From: Candidatus Omnitrophota bacterium
GTDB lineage: Bacteria > Omnitrophota > Gorgyraeia > Duberdicusellales > 4484-171
Direction of reading: 5' to 3'
DNA length: 64,000 bases
Assembly: GCA_021735445.1 (NCBI GenBank)
Contig: JAIPHA010000001.1
Span: 24,396-88,395 of the forward strand
Shown here: piece after piece, positions 9,837 through 18,741 of the stretch
How positions within the stretch are numbered: the first letter of the stretch is position 1
How the letters are laid out: each line of letters opens with the position of its first letter
The notes under the pieces: generated by a model
What the model was told of the DNA's origin: nothing
Database searches by the model: none
Seen by the model: only the letters and a program-made list of their open reading frames with translations
Translations under genes and position numbers: made by a program

Positions 9837-10561
9837 ATAACAATTCTTTATCCGTCATCGTCCCGGCTTTTAATGAAGAGAATTATCTTAAGCCCACAGT
9901 TGAAATGGTTTCTGGTGTAGCAAAGAAACAATTTGATGATTATGAAATTATTATTTTTAATGATGGGAGTGTAGATAAAACAGGACAGATAGCTAATAAA
10001 TTAGGCAATCAATATAATCATGTTAGAGTGGTTCATCATAAGTCTCCTATTTGTCTTGGCGGTATTTATAAAGAAGGGATAAAATTGGCAAAGATGAACT
10101 ATGTTATTCTTGTAAATGGGAAGAATGATATTGTAAGTAGTGAATTGGAAAAGATATTATCTTTAAAAGGTAAGGCAGATATGATTGTTCCTTATACCAC
10201 AAATAGAGGGCAGAGATCTTTTAACCGTAGAACTCTCTCCATTATTTTTGTTTATTTTCTTAATTTTATTTTTAATTTAGATTTACGCTACTATAATCAC
10301 TATGTTTTACATAGAAGAGAGATAATAAGTATTATTAATATATACACTGATAGTTATGCGTTTCAGGCAGAAGCTCTAATAAAATTAATTAAATTGGGAT
10401 ATAGCTATATTCAGGTGGGGGTTGCTGACAATTTTGATAATGATGTTGCGACTAAGGCCTTCAGATTGAAGAATATTATTGGGATTAGTCTATTCTTTAT
10501 TAAAATAATATATGAAATCTATTTTACTAGGAGATATATATTGAAGGATAAAGGTCGTTAA
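9824..10561 (+). CDS. GT2 family glycosyltransferase (Dpm1/GtrB/CsbB-like polyprenyl-phosphate sugar synthase candidate)
   Basis: LSVIVPAFNEENYL and IIIFNDGSVDKT (DxD region), with a short C-terminal hydrophobic segment. Confidence 0.65.
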   Translation: MGRIDNNSLSVIVPAFNEENYLKPTVEMVSGVAKKQFDDYEIIIFNDGSVDKTGQIANKLGNQYNHVRVVHHKSPICLGGIYKEGIKLAKMNYVILVNGKNDIVSSELEKILSLKGKADMIVPYTTNRGQRSFNRRTLSIIFVYFLNFIFNLDLRYYNHYVLHRREIISIINIYTDSYAFQAEALIKLIKLGYSYIQVGVADNFDNDVATKAFRLKNIIGISLFFIKIIYEIYFTRRYILKDKGR

Positions 10562-10600
10562 TTTTGTGGAGAAATAGATCTTAAAGAAAACCGGGCTCTT

Positions 10601-11956
10601 ATGCGCTTGATTAAAAAAAAATCCGATATATTAAATCTTTGCGTTTATACATTAAGCTTTGCGGCTTTAATAATAGTATTTCTATTTGCTACCACTAGAT
10701 TTACTAATCCTCATTTTGGATGGGATATTAGTGCTAAAGTAGATAAATATCGCATTTTGTTTGGATTGTATGTTCTTTTGATGCCGGTTTTATATTTCAT
10801 GAAGATAAAACAAAGACAAGTTCTATTATTTATCTTGTCTTTGATGTTTTCAACTATAATGGTGGGAAAGTTGTCCTTCATTGTTTATCTGGGAAGTTTG
10901 TTCTATTATCTTCTTATATATGTTAAAATTAGGACTTTTGTTAAATTATTAATTGGAGCTATTGTATATATTGTCTTTGTTTTGCAGGTAATAAAGAGTT
11001 TTCAGTACTATCGACCTTCCTATTTATATATCTATATGTTTGTAACTCTTTTTCCTATGAGATACCTTCTTTTTTTTCATTATAACAGTAGTACTAATTT
11101 CAAGAAAGAACCAGTTCTTAATTACATAAATTATATATTTTTTCCAGCTTATCTTTTAATTCATCCTTTTATTATAATAATGCCAAAATATAGTAGTTTT
11201 AAGAATTCGTTTTCATATGGAAAGAATTATATTGCGTCTCTGAAGTCTGGAGTAATATATTTTTGTAAGGGACTTGCTATTTTATTAGTGTTAATGACGG
11301 TCGATTATTTTATAGAGAATGTTTTTGCAACATCTATTAGCAGAGAGACAGTAAATGATATATTGAGTGCAACATATATAATCCCTTATATATGGGTAAT
11401 CTCATATATATTAAGCTGTGGATATATTATACTTGGACTTATGCATGGTGTTGGTTGTCGGATAAAATCACCTTTTGGCAAGTTTGCATTACCTATGAAT
11501 ATAGTTGATTTCTATGGGCGTTTCTTACGGCATTTTAAAGATTATATTGTTAGTATATTCTATTTTCCAGTATTTCTTCTTACAAAATCATGGAATACTT
11601 ATGCTTCAATCTCTATTTCTGCTATAGCTGCTATAATGTTAGCAGGGATCTGCCATAGAGTATTGGGATTAGGTTTTCAGTTTTGTTCAATTATGCACTA
11701 TGAGGGTATAGATTTTGTTGAGAACTCGTTGGAGTTAGGTTTAGTTCAGGATGGTTTCTTTGATAAGCATTTAATTATAAAGATTATGTACCTACTTATC
11801 TTAAGTTTTATTTTCGCTATTCAGTTAATGTATAATCATGCTTCAAATTATGGGGCAGGGAAGCTTGCTTGGATTAAAAATACAAAAGATTCGTTAGTGT
11901 CTAAATTTCTACAGTTATTAATAGCAATGATAGTTGTAAGGTGCATATTTTTGTAA
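10601..11956 (+). CDS. MBOAT-like polytopic membrane O-acyltransferase (DltB/AlgI-like) candidate
   Basis: 451 aa with about 10 TM helices. A His-containing segment FYGRFLRHFKDYIVSIFYFPV resembles the MBOAT motif FWRRWH...RDYLYIPL. Its genomic context with a DltA-like ligase and DltC-like carrier supports the call. Confidence 0.45.
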   Translation: MRLIKKKSDILNLCVYTLSFAALIIVFLFATTRFTNPHFGWDISAKVDKYRILFGLYVLLMPVLYFMKIKQRQVLLFILSLMFSTIMVGKLSFIVYLGSLFYYLLIYVKIRTFVKLLIGAIVYIVFVLQVIKSFQYYRPSYLYIYMFVTLFPMRYLLFFHYNSSTNFKKEPVLNYINYIFFPAYLLIHPFIIIMPKYSSFKNSFSYGKNYIASLKSGVIYFCKGLAILLVLMTVDYFIENVFATSISRETVNDILSATYIIPYIWVISYILSCGYIILGLMHGVGCRIKSPFGKFALPMNIVDFYGRFLRHFKDYIVSIFYFPVFLLTKSWNTYASISISAIAAIMLAGICHRVLGLGFQFCSIMHYEGIDFVENSLELGLVQDGFFDKHLIIKIMYLLILSFIFAIQLMYNHASNYGAGKLAWIKNTKDSLVSKFLQLLIAMIVVRCIFL

Positions 11957-12122
11957 ATCTGAACTATAAAAACAAACTTAATTTTATCAAAATGCTTAAA
12001 AAAGCAATAAATACAAGTAAAGTTATTATAAATTATATTACAGGGTTTATTTTAACTTAAAATGGTTGATTCGTTAATAGGGAGCAGTATAGATGTTGTG
12101 ATTGAAGGGTTTTTCTAAAATT

Positions 12123-12128
12123 CAGGAG
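12123..12128 (+). promoter_or_regulatory. Shine-Dalgarno AGGAGG, 10 nt upstream of the 12139 ATG
   Basis: A perfect AGGAGG at the end of a 180-bp AT-rich intergenic region, which is the largest intergenic gap in the plus-strand block. Confidence 0.5.
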
Positions 12129-12138
12129 GTTATTTAAA

Positions 12139-12969
12139 ATGGTGTCATCTATCAGGAATTATAAAAGTTTAAAAGGATATTTAAAAGAATCTGAAACTAT
12201 GTCTTTTGTTGGTGTATATGATGTTTTTTCTGCTAAATTGGCTATTAAAGAATTTAAGGGAATATTCTTAAGTGGGTTTAGTTTTTCTGCAAGTTTTTTA
12301 GGTATGCCTGATACAGGTTGTTTCTCTAGCGAGGATATGATTGCTTTTGTTAAGAGATTAAGAACTTCTATTCCTGATGCATATCTTCTTGTAGATTGTG
12401 AAGATGGTTTTGGAGATGAAGAAAAAACTGTAGCGGTTGTAAAAGAACTAGAAGATTGTGGTGTGAGTGCTGTTATATTGGAAGATCAAAAGCGGCCTAG
12501 GAAATGTGGACAGTTGGATAATAAACTTCTTTCGTCATGTGAAGCTCAAGTTTCTAAGCTTAAAGCGGTTATAAAAGAGAGAAGGAATATGTTTATTATA
12601 GCAAGGACAGATGCGGCGGATCCTGATGAAGCTCATAGAAGAGTAGTTGAGTATTCAAAGTGTGGTGTAGATGCTATAATGATGGAAGGCATGAAAGAGC
12701 TTTCTCTTATAAGAAAGTTGAGGAAACGGGTGAATTGCCATCTGGTGGTTAATAAGATATATGGGGGAAAAACACCAAATTGGTCTGAGGACGAGCTTTA
12801 TAAGAATGGGGTGTCAATTGTAATATATAGCACTGTTTGTCTTTTCGCGGCTCAATACGCAATTCAGAGATACCTAAACAAATTAAAAGGAACGAAACTA
12901 ATACCTTCGCGAGAGACAGTTTCTCTTGTGGAATGTAACCGATTATTTGAAGATAAAAAAAATAAATAA
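12139..12969 (+). CDS. isocitrate lyase / PEP mutase (ICL/PEPM) superfamily enzyme
   Basis: VGVYDVFSAKLAIKEFKGIFLSGFSFSAS...LLVDCEDGFGDEEKTVAVVKELEDCGVSAVILEDQKRPRKCGQLDNKLL. The EDQ...RKCGQ loop resembles the lyase branch (PrpB/ICL KRCGH) more than PEP mutase (EDK...NS). Confidence 0.7.
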   Translation: MVSSIRNYKSLKGYLKESETMSFVGVYDVFSAKLAIKEFKGIFLSGFSFSASFLGMPDTGCFSSEDMIAFVKRLRTSIPDAYLLVDCEDGFGDEEKTVAVVKELEDCGVSAVILEDQKRPRKCGQLDNKLLSSCEAQVSKLKAVIKERRNMFIIARTDAADPDEAHRRVVEYSKCGVDAIMMEGMKELSLIRKLRKRVNCHLVVNKIYGGKTPNWSEDELYKNGVSIVIYSTVCLFAAQYAIQRYLNKLKGTKLIPSRETVSLVECNRLFEDKKNK

Positions 12970-12984
12970 GCAGGGGTAAGACGT

Positions 12985-14490
12985 ATGATTCAATTTTTGA
13001 ATGGTAAAATAGGTGAAATAGTTGATTATGAAAACGATGAAGAATGGTCAGCTGAAAAAATTATAAAAGAAGTAGATAAAAGAATTACATATCTTTTAGA
13101 GAAGAATGTTTTGCCTGAAGAAAAGATTATAATTATTCATGGGAATAATATTCAATTTTTTGCAGATCTTCTGGCCCTATGGTCTTTAAATGCTTGCGTA
13201 GTTTGTGTAGATCCAACTGTGGGAGCAAGAGAATTTAAAACAATAGCTAGATTTTGTGATTCTCGTATCGCATTATACAATGGCAAGGTGTCCAAAAAAT
13301 TGTCTTCATTGGTTGGTAGTTTAATAGAATTTGTAGATTTGAAGGAAATAGCCAAAGAATATAACCGGGGTTCAAAGATTCCTTTAAATAAAATTGATTT
13401 AGATAGACCTGCTCTTATTTTATTTACATCTGGAACTACCGGTAATCCTAAAGGGGTTGTTCATTCTTTAAGGACTTTAATAGCAAAATGGGAGATATTA
13501 AAAAAGCATGTACCATTGGGATATCTTGAGATATCATTGTGTCTTCTTCCGACACACTTTGGTCATGGACTTATCTGTAATTGTCTTTACCCTTTGTTAA
13601 ATGGAAAGAAACTTATTATATTACCAAGGTTTAATCTGAAATCAATTATGGAGCTAGGGCGTATAATAGATAGATACAAAGTTACATATATGAGTTCGGT
13701 TCCTGCTGTTTGGAAATCTGTTTCAAATTTAAGTGATTGTCCTCGGGGAAAGACATTACAACTTGTAACATGTGGTTCTGCTCCACTTGGGGCGAGATTA
13801 TGGAGAGATATCCAGAGATGGACTTCTACTTACAGGGTATGGAATACATACGGTATCACTGAGGTTGGAAGTTGGGTCGGTGGTTTGCAGCAAGATATAG
13901 TACGACCAGTAAGTGGATTGATTGGTTGTGGTTGGGGGGCAGACTTTATGATAACAAAAGAAGGAGCTGATTCTATAGAGGAAATTGTAGCAGAGAAGAG
14001 CCTACCGGTTGGAAGAGAAGGGCATATTTGGATTAATACAGCTGCTGTTATGTTGGGTTATTATAAAAGAGAGGATTTAACCTGTAGTGTAATGAGGGGG
14101 AAATGGTTTTATACTGGTGATATTGGATATGTAAGAAAAGACGGATTGCTTGTTCTTACTGGAAGGGTGCGCAATGAGATTAATTTTGCCGGATTAAAAA
14201 TAAGTCCGGAAGATATTGATTTAGTTATTGAAGAACATGAAGCTGTAAAAGAATCATGTGTGTTTGGAATGAATGATAAAATAACGGGAGAGATAGTAGC
14301 AGTAGCGGTTGTATTTAAAGATTATATAAATAAACCTACAATCCATGAAATGAAAAACTGGGTAAGCAATTATGTATCGGATTATAAAGTACCTAGGATA
14401 TGGTATGAGCTTAGAAACATACCAAAAACTTCACGAGGTAAATATAATAGAAAGAAAGTAGCTAAGTATTGTAAAGAACTTGGAAATTAA
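12985..14490 (+). CDS. AMP-dependent adenylating ligase (DltA / acyl-CoA synthetase family)
   Basis: The AMP-binding core FTSGTTGNPKGVVHS, plus YTGDIGYVRKDGLLVLTGRVRNEINFAGLKISPEDID (A8 motif). Length is 501 aa. Confidence 0.8.
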   Translation: MIQFLNGKIGEIVDYENDEEWSAEKIIKEVDKRITYLLEKNVLPEEKIIIIHGNNIQFFADLLALWSLNACVVCVDPTVGAREFKTIARFCDSRIALYNGKVSKKLSSLVGSLIEFVDLKEIAKEYNRGSKIPLNKIDLDRPALILFTSGTTGNPKGVVHSLRTLIAKWEILKKHVPLGYLEISLCLLPTHFGHGLICNCLYPLLNGKKLIILPRFNLKSIMELGRIIDRYKVTYMSSVPAVWKSVSNLSDCPRGKTLQLVTCGSAPLGARLWRDIQRWTSTYRVWNTYGITEVGSWVGGLQQDIVRPVSGLIGCGWGADFMITKEGADSIEEIVAEKSLPVGREGHIWINTAAVMLGYYKREDLTCSVMRGKWFYTGDIGYVRKDGLLVLTGRVRNEINFAGLKISPEDIDLVIEEHEAVKESCVFGMNDKITGEIVAVAVVFKDYINKPTIHEMKNWVSNYVSDYKVPRIWYELRNIPKTSRGKYNRKKVAKYCKELGN

Positions 14491-14504
14491 TAGTAGGAAC
14501 AATT

Positions 14505-14762
14505 ATGGAGATAGCAGAGATACAGAAGATTTTGAAAGATTTTATAATAGAATTATTAAATGAGAGAAATATACTAGATAATACCGCTCTTATTGAGTCT
14601 GGGTTAATAGATTCATTGAGCATAATTCATATTGTCTTGTTTATAGAATCCAGATTCTCTTGTAAGTTAAAGCCTTTTGATATTCAGATTGATGATTTTC
14701 AGACTATTAAAAAAATGGCTATAGTAGTTTTAAAAAAGATAGAGGCTAAAAAGTTAGATTAG
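14505..14762 (+). CDS. acyl/peptidyl carrier protein (DltC-like)
   Basis: 85 aa with the phosphopantetheine-attachment motif GLIDSLSII, located immediately downstream of the adenylating enzyme. Confidence 0.7.
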   Translation: MEIAEIQKILKDFIIELLNERNILDNTALIESGLIDSLSIIHIVLFIESRFSCKLKPFDIQIDDFQTIKKMAIVVLKKIEAKKLD

Positions 14763-14895
14763 TTAAAGAATATTAGATATAAAAGACTTTTATATTTGTA
14801 TAGTTGATTTGTGAAATATTATCAGCTTATCTGATATGGTTAGCAATATGTGTTCACGAAAATGCTTTAAGGAAATTTTGTTGTAGATATACAAA

Positions 14896-15846
14896 ATGAA
14901 AGTTCTTATTACTGGTGCTACGGGATTTATAGGAAAGAGGTTAGTACAACGACTTTTGCAAAATCATATTGAGGTGGTTTGCACGGGACGTTCTTTAAGT
15001 AAGCTAGATCATTATATAGGTAGAGTCAATATTTTATATCTTGATATACGAGATAAGGAGAAAGTTGAGGATGTATTTAAAAAAGAAAGGCCTAACCTTG
15101 TGTTTCATTGCGCTGCTAATACTACTAATAATAGTTTGAGAATATTAAGAAGAACTAATGTTCAAGGTACCAAAAATGTATTGGATGCGTGTTTAGAAGC
15201 TGGTGTAGATAAGGTTGTTTATCTTAGCTCTATAAGTGTTATAGCTGGCAATAAAGAGGCTTGTCTTAATGATTGCTTACCATATAAAGCTAGGAATAGG
15301 TATGGTAGATCAAAAATAGCGGCAGAGAAGTTGGCTCGGGAATATAGGAAGAGAGGGCTAGAAATTTCCATATTAAGGCCCTCTCTTGTGTATGGAGAAA
15401 GAGATTATCATAAGGTTTCTTTGATGGTAAGGTTAATTTCTAAGCGGCTGATTCCGATAGCAGGCAGAGGCGAAAATGAAGTTAGCCTTACCTATATAGA
15501 AAACCTTATAGATGTAATGATGATTGCGATTGATAAAAAATCCGCATATAAGGGAACCTATATTGTAGCGGATAAAGAAACGATAAGTTTTAAGGATTTG
15601 TTTTTATATATAGCAAAATTATTAGAAATAAAAAAATCCTGGTTTTTACCTGACTGGCTTGTTTCCATTTTTGCTTATTGCCCTTTTGTAGGAGGATATG
15701 CAAAAGTTTTTTTAGAAAATAATATTTGCAGTATAGATAGAATAAAAAATCAACTAAATTATATTCCTAAAATCTCTCTATATGAAGGTTTGAGAAGAAC
15801 TGTGGATGAACATAAAAAGAGGTATAAATTAAAAAGAAATTATTAG
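14896..15846 (+). CDS. NAD-dependent sugar epimerase/dehydratase (extended SDR)
   Basis: MKVLITGATGFIGKRL Rossmann motif and YGRSK (the YxxxK catalytic dyad). Confidence 0.8.
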   Translation: MKVLITGATGFIGKRLVQRLLQNHIEVVCTGRSLSKLDHYIGRVNILYLDIRDKEKVEDVFKKERPNLVFHCAANTTNNSLRILRRTNVQGTKNVLDACLEAGVDKVVYLSSISVIAGNKEACLNDCLPYKARNRYGRSKIAAEKLAREYRKRGLEISILRPSLVYGERDYHKVSLMVRLISKRLIPIAGRGENEVSLTYIENLIDVMMIAIDKKSAYKGTYIVADKETISFKDLFLYIAKLLEIKKSWFLPDWLVSIFAYCPFVGGYAKVFLENNICSIDRIKNQLNYIPKISLYEGLRRTVDEHKKRYKLKRNY

Positions 15847-15882
15847 CGGCGAGCATATTTTTTTTAAGCTTTTATTGACAAC

Positions 15883-17121
15883 ATGAAACAAATACCGCGT
15901 TTTATTCCTACATTAACGATATCAGAAATTATCCAGGCTATTTTTATTAATGTCAAAAATAGAAAAAAAATTGATTTTCTTAAATTATTTAGGGAAGAAT
16001 TCGCCAAATATATAGGTGTAAATCATGCTATCGCTGTGCCTTCGGCCCGAATTGGGCTGGCTGCTATCCTTTCAGCTTTGAAAATACCCAAAGGTAAAGA
16101 AGTTATTATTCCTAGCCTTACTCATCAGGCAATCCCTTATATATTTTGCGATTTTGGCCTAAAACCCCGGTTTGTCGACATTGATCCGGATAGATATTGT
16201 ATTGATGTTGATAAAATAGAAGAAGCAATCAATGAAACCACCGCTTTGATATTTCCTGTACACCTTTACGGAAGAGCGTGCAAGATGAAAGTTATTATGG
16301 AATTGGCCAAGAAGCACGGGTTGTTTGTGATTGAAGATTGCGCTCAGAGTTGCGGAGGGGGGTGCCTTGAGCAAAAATTAGGGAGTTTCGGTATTGCTTC
16401 AATTTTTTCTTTTCATCCCCATAAAAACATTTCTGTTTTAGGGTCAGGGATGGTAACGACTAATTCCCGGGAGATTTTTGAAGATATTACTCAATCGGTA
16501 AAACAATATGAGCGTATGTGTTGGAAAGGAGTTGTAAAAAGATTATTATATTCGGCCGGCTTAAGGTTTGCCACTCTTGCTGGGGTATGGAGAAATATTA
16601 CTGTTTTAATTTTAAAGATTTTTAACCGGCAAGGAGTCGATATTGTAGAATTTATGACCAATGAGGTTCCGGAAAAAGATAGGGAAAAAGCAAAAAAAAC
16701 CAAATGGTATTTACCCCAAAGCTATCATGGCGTTATCGGCTTGAAGCAGTTAGAAAGATTAGATTCATTAAATAAAAAACGCATCAATAACGGTAATATT
16801 TTACGGGAAGGACTAAAGAAGATAGAAGGGATTAATCTTGTTTCTCAGGCTCAATCGGATGAAAATATTTATACTACTTTTGTAGTGCGAGTTAACAACA
16901 GGGGCCGGTTTAGGCGCAGGATGCTTAGATTAGGGGTTGATACTCACTCTGGAAATATGTTTGCCGGCTCTACAATACCAGGATTTGAAAAAAGAGGTGA
17001 GTCTAAGGTCGCCGACGATATAGTAAACCGGATGGTTCATCTGCCGGTTTATCCGGATTTAAGCCGAAAAGATTTAAAAAAGATTATTGAAAGCGCGGAA
17101 AAAGCGATTAATAATGAATAA
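15883..17121 (+). CDS. DegT/DnrJ/EryC1-family PLP-dependent aminotransferase
   Basis: VIEDCAQSCGG and GSFGIASIFSFHPHKNISVLGSG (PLP lysine). Confidence 0.75.
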   Translation: MKQIPRFIPTLTISEIIQAIFINVKNRKKIDFLKLFREEFAKYIGVNHAIAVPSARIGLAAILSALKIPKGKEVIIPSLTHQAIPYIFCDFGLKPRFVDIDPDRYCIDVDKIEEAINETTALIFPVHLYGRACKMKVIMELAKKHGLFVIEDCAQSCGGGCLEQKLGSFGIASIFSFHPHKNISVLGSGMVTTNSREIFEDITQSVKQYERMCWKGVVKRLLYSAGLRFATLAGVWRNITVLILKIFNRQGVDIVEFMTNEVPEKDREKAKKTKWYLPQSYHGVIGLKQLERLDSLNKKRINNGNILREGLKKIEGINLVSQAQSDENIYTTFVVRVNNRGRFRRRMLRLGVDTHSGNMFAGSTIPGFEKRGESKVADDIVNRMVHLPVYPDLSRKDLKKIIESAEKAINNE

Positions 17122-18211
17122 AAAAAATATCCCTTGGTGGAAAACTGTTTTGGGACAAGAAGAGATAGAAGTAGTAAGGAAATCTATACTAAACCGAAAT
17201 ATTACCCAAGGAATTATTACTAAAGACTTTGAAAACCAATTGGCCGGTTTATTAGGTGTGCCTTATTTAGTTTTGGTAAATAGCGGCAGTTCTGCTCTTT
17301 TGGCCGCGTTAATTGCTTGCGGCATTGGGCCGGGAGATGAGGTTATTGTTCCCGGATTTACTTTTATCGCGACGGTTCAGGCTCCTTTAATTTTAGGGGC
17401 CAAAGTTAGACTGGTAGACGTTAAGCCCAACCGGCCGGTTATAGACGAAAACTCAATAGAAGCTGCAGTTAATTCAAAGACTAAAGCCATTATTCCGGTT
17501 CACCTGAATGGACGGGCGGCTAACCTGAAAAAAATCAATAAAATAGCTAAAAAATATAAAATATCGGTAATCGAAGATGCTGTTCAGGCCCTATGTTCTA
17601 AATGCAAAGGGGAGTTTTTAGGTACTCAATCAGACATTGGGGTGTTTTCTTTGGGGGTTACTAAATTTATCACTGCGGTTCAAGGAGGGTTTTTAGTTAC
17701 CAGAAAGAAAGATATTTTCAACAAGTTGCAAAAGATAAAAAATCATGGCTGCTTGTCTTTGGAAGGAGGGGTTTTGAAGTGTGAGACGCTAGGGTTTAAT
17801 TTTAAATTCAATGACCTCTTTGCCGGTATCGGCTTAAAACAACTAGAAAAAGTAAAAGATAAGATTAAATCATTTCAAAATATCTATAGTTTTTATAAAA
17901 AAGAACTTGTTTCGGTTAGTTGCATGGATTTGGTAGAGGTTAAGCAAGGAGAGGGTGAGCTTCCTCTGTGGATAGAGGTTATTAGTAAAAAAAGAGAAAA
18001 AGTTTTGCGCCTGTTAAAGCAAAAAAGGGTGGAGGCTAAGCCTTTTCATAAAAGTATTGGCGAAATTAGCTACATTAAGAATCGCAAAAAGCTCAAATAT
18101 TCTCAGTTTTATGCTAAAAAGGGATTGATTTTACCCAGCGGACCCGACCAGAAAAATAAAGATCTAAAGTATGTGATAAAGGCTATAAAAGAAATCGAAA
18201 AAGATTTATAA
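17114..18211 (+). CDS. DegT/DnrJ/EryC1-family PLP-dependent aminotransferase (perosamine-synthase-like)
   Basis: VIEDAVQAL and GVFSLGVTKFITAVQGG. I chose the ATG at 17114 (MNKKNIPWW), which overlaps the upstream stop, rather than the ORF-track start at 17087. Confidence 0.75.
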   Translation: MNKKNIPWWKTVLGQEEIEVVRKSILNRNITQGIITKDFENQLAGLLGVPYLVLVNSGSSALLAALIACGIGPGDEVIVPGFTFIATVQAPLILGAKVRLVDVKPNRPVIDENSIEAAVNSKTKAIIPVHLNGRAANLKKINKIAKKYKISVIEDAVQALCSKCKGEFLGTQSDIGVFSLGVTKFITAVQGGFLVTRKKDIFNKLQKIKNHGCLSLEGGVLKCETLGFNFKFNDLFAGIGLKQLEKVKDKIKSFQNIYSFYKKELVSVSCMDLVEVKQGEGELPLWIEVISKKREKVLRLLKQKRVEAKPFHKSIGEISYIKNRKKLKYSQFYAKKGLILPSGPDQKNKDLKYVIKAIKEIEKDL

Positions 18212-18236
18212 ATAGAGATAAAGAGGTGTCCTGAGT

Positions 18237-18734
18237 ATGGGGGTAGTGATTTTTAACAAAAAGAATATTTGTAAAATAAATAAAGAAGATATTAAAGACT
18301 TAAAAGAAAAAGCCAGACATGCAACAGACGGTAAAGCTAGGTTGTGCTTGCACAAAAGCAACGAAAACCTTTTGCATGAAATGATTATCGTTCTTAGAAA
18401 AGGTACGTATGTAAGGCCTCATGCGCATAAAAAAAAGACAGAGACTTTTCACCTTATTGAGGGGCGGGTTAAAGTTATAATATTTAAAGAATCAGGGTTA
18501 GTGAAAGATAGTTTGGTTATGGATAGTTTAGTCCAAAAAGGTGATTTTATCTGCAGGCTAGAAGAAGGGGTTTGGCATATGGTTATTCCGTTGTCTGATT
18601 TTTCCGTTTTCCATGAAGTAACCAATGGCCCTTACCTTGGCAAAGACGATAGCGTATTTGCCGGATGGGCCCCCTTTACTAAAGAAAAAGATAAAGTGAA
18701 GCTTTTTATGGAAGAGATATGCCGGTTAAAATAA
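18237..18734 (+). CDS. WbuC-like cupin-fold protein
   Basis: A small 165-aa protein with His-rich cupin motifs (LHKSNENLLHEMIIVLRKGTYVRPHAH...FHLIEGRVKV) in a sugar-aminotransferase context. Confidence 0.45.
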   Translation: MGVVIFNKKNICKINKEDIKDLKEKARHATDGKARLCLHKSNENLLHEMIIVLRKGTYVRPHAHKKKTETFHLIEGRVKVIIFKESGLVKDSLVMDSLVQKGDFICRLEEGVWHMVIPLSDFSVFHEVTNGPYLGKDDSVFAGWAPFTKEKDKVKLFMEEICRLK

Positions 18735-18741
18735 TTTTACA

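Noticed and set aside
12139-12969. Possibility that the ICL/PEPM enzyme is a PEP mutase starting a phosphonate (for example 2-aminoethylphosphonate) decoration pathway
   Set aside because: The catalytic loop reads EDQ...RKCGQ (lyase-like) rather than the PEP-mutase EDK...NS. No phosphonopyruvate decarboxylase-like (ALS-family TPP) gene is adjacent. The neighbouring transketolase subunits are a different TPP family. The point is kept as an open question in the findings.
9824-15846. Lower-GC segment as a mobile element or genomic island with integrase/transposase
   Set aside because: No integrase, transposase, tRNA target, or flanking direct or inverted repeats were recognisable. Only the compositional shift is reported.
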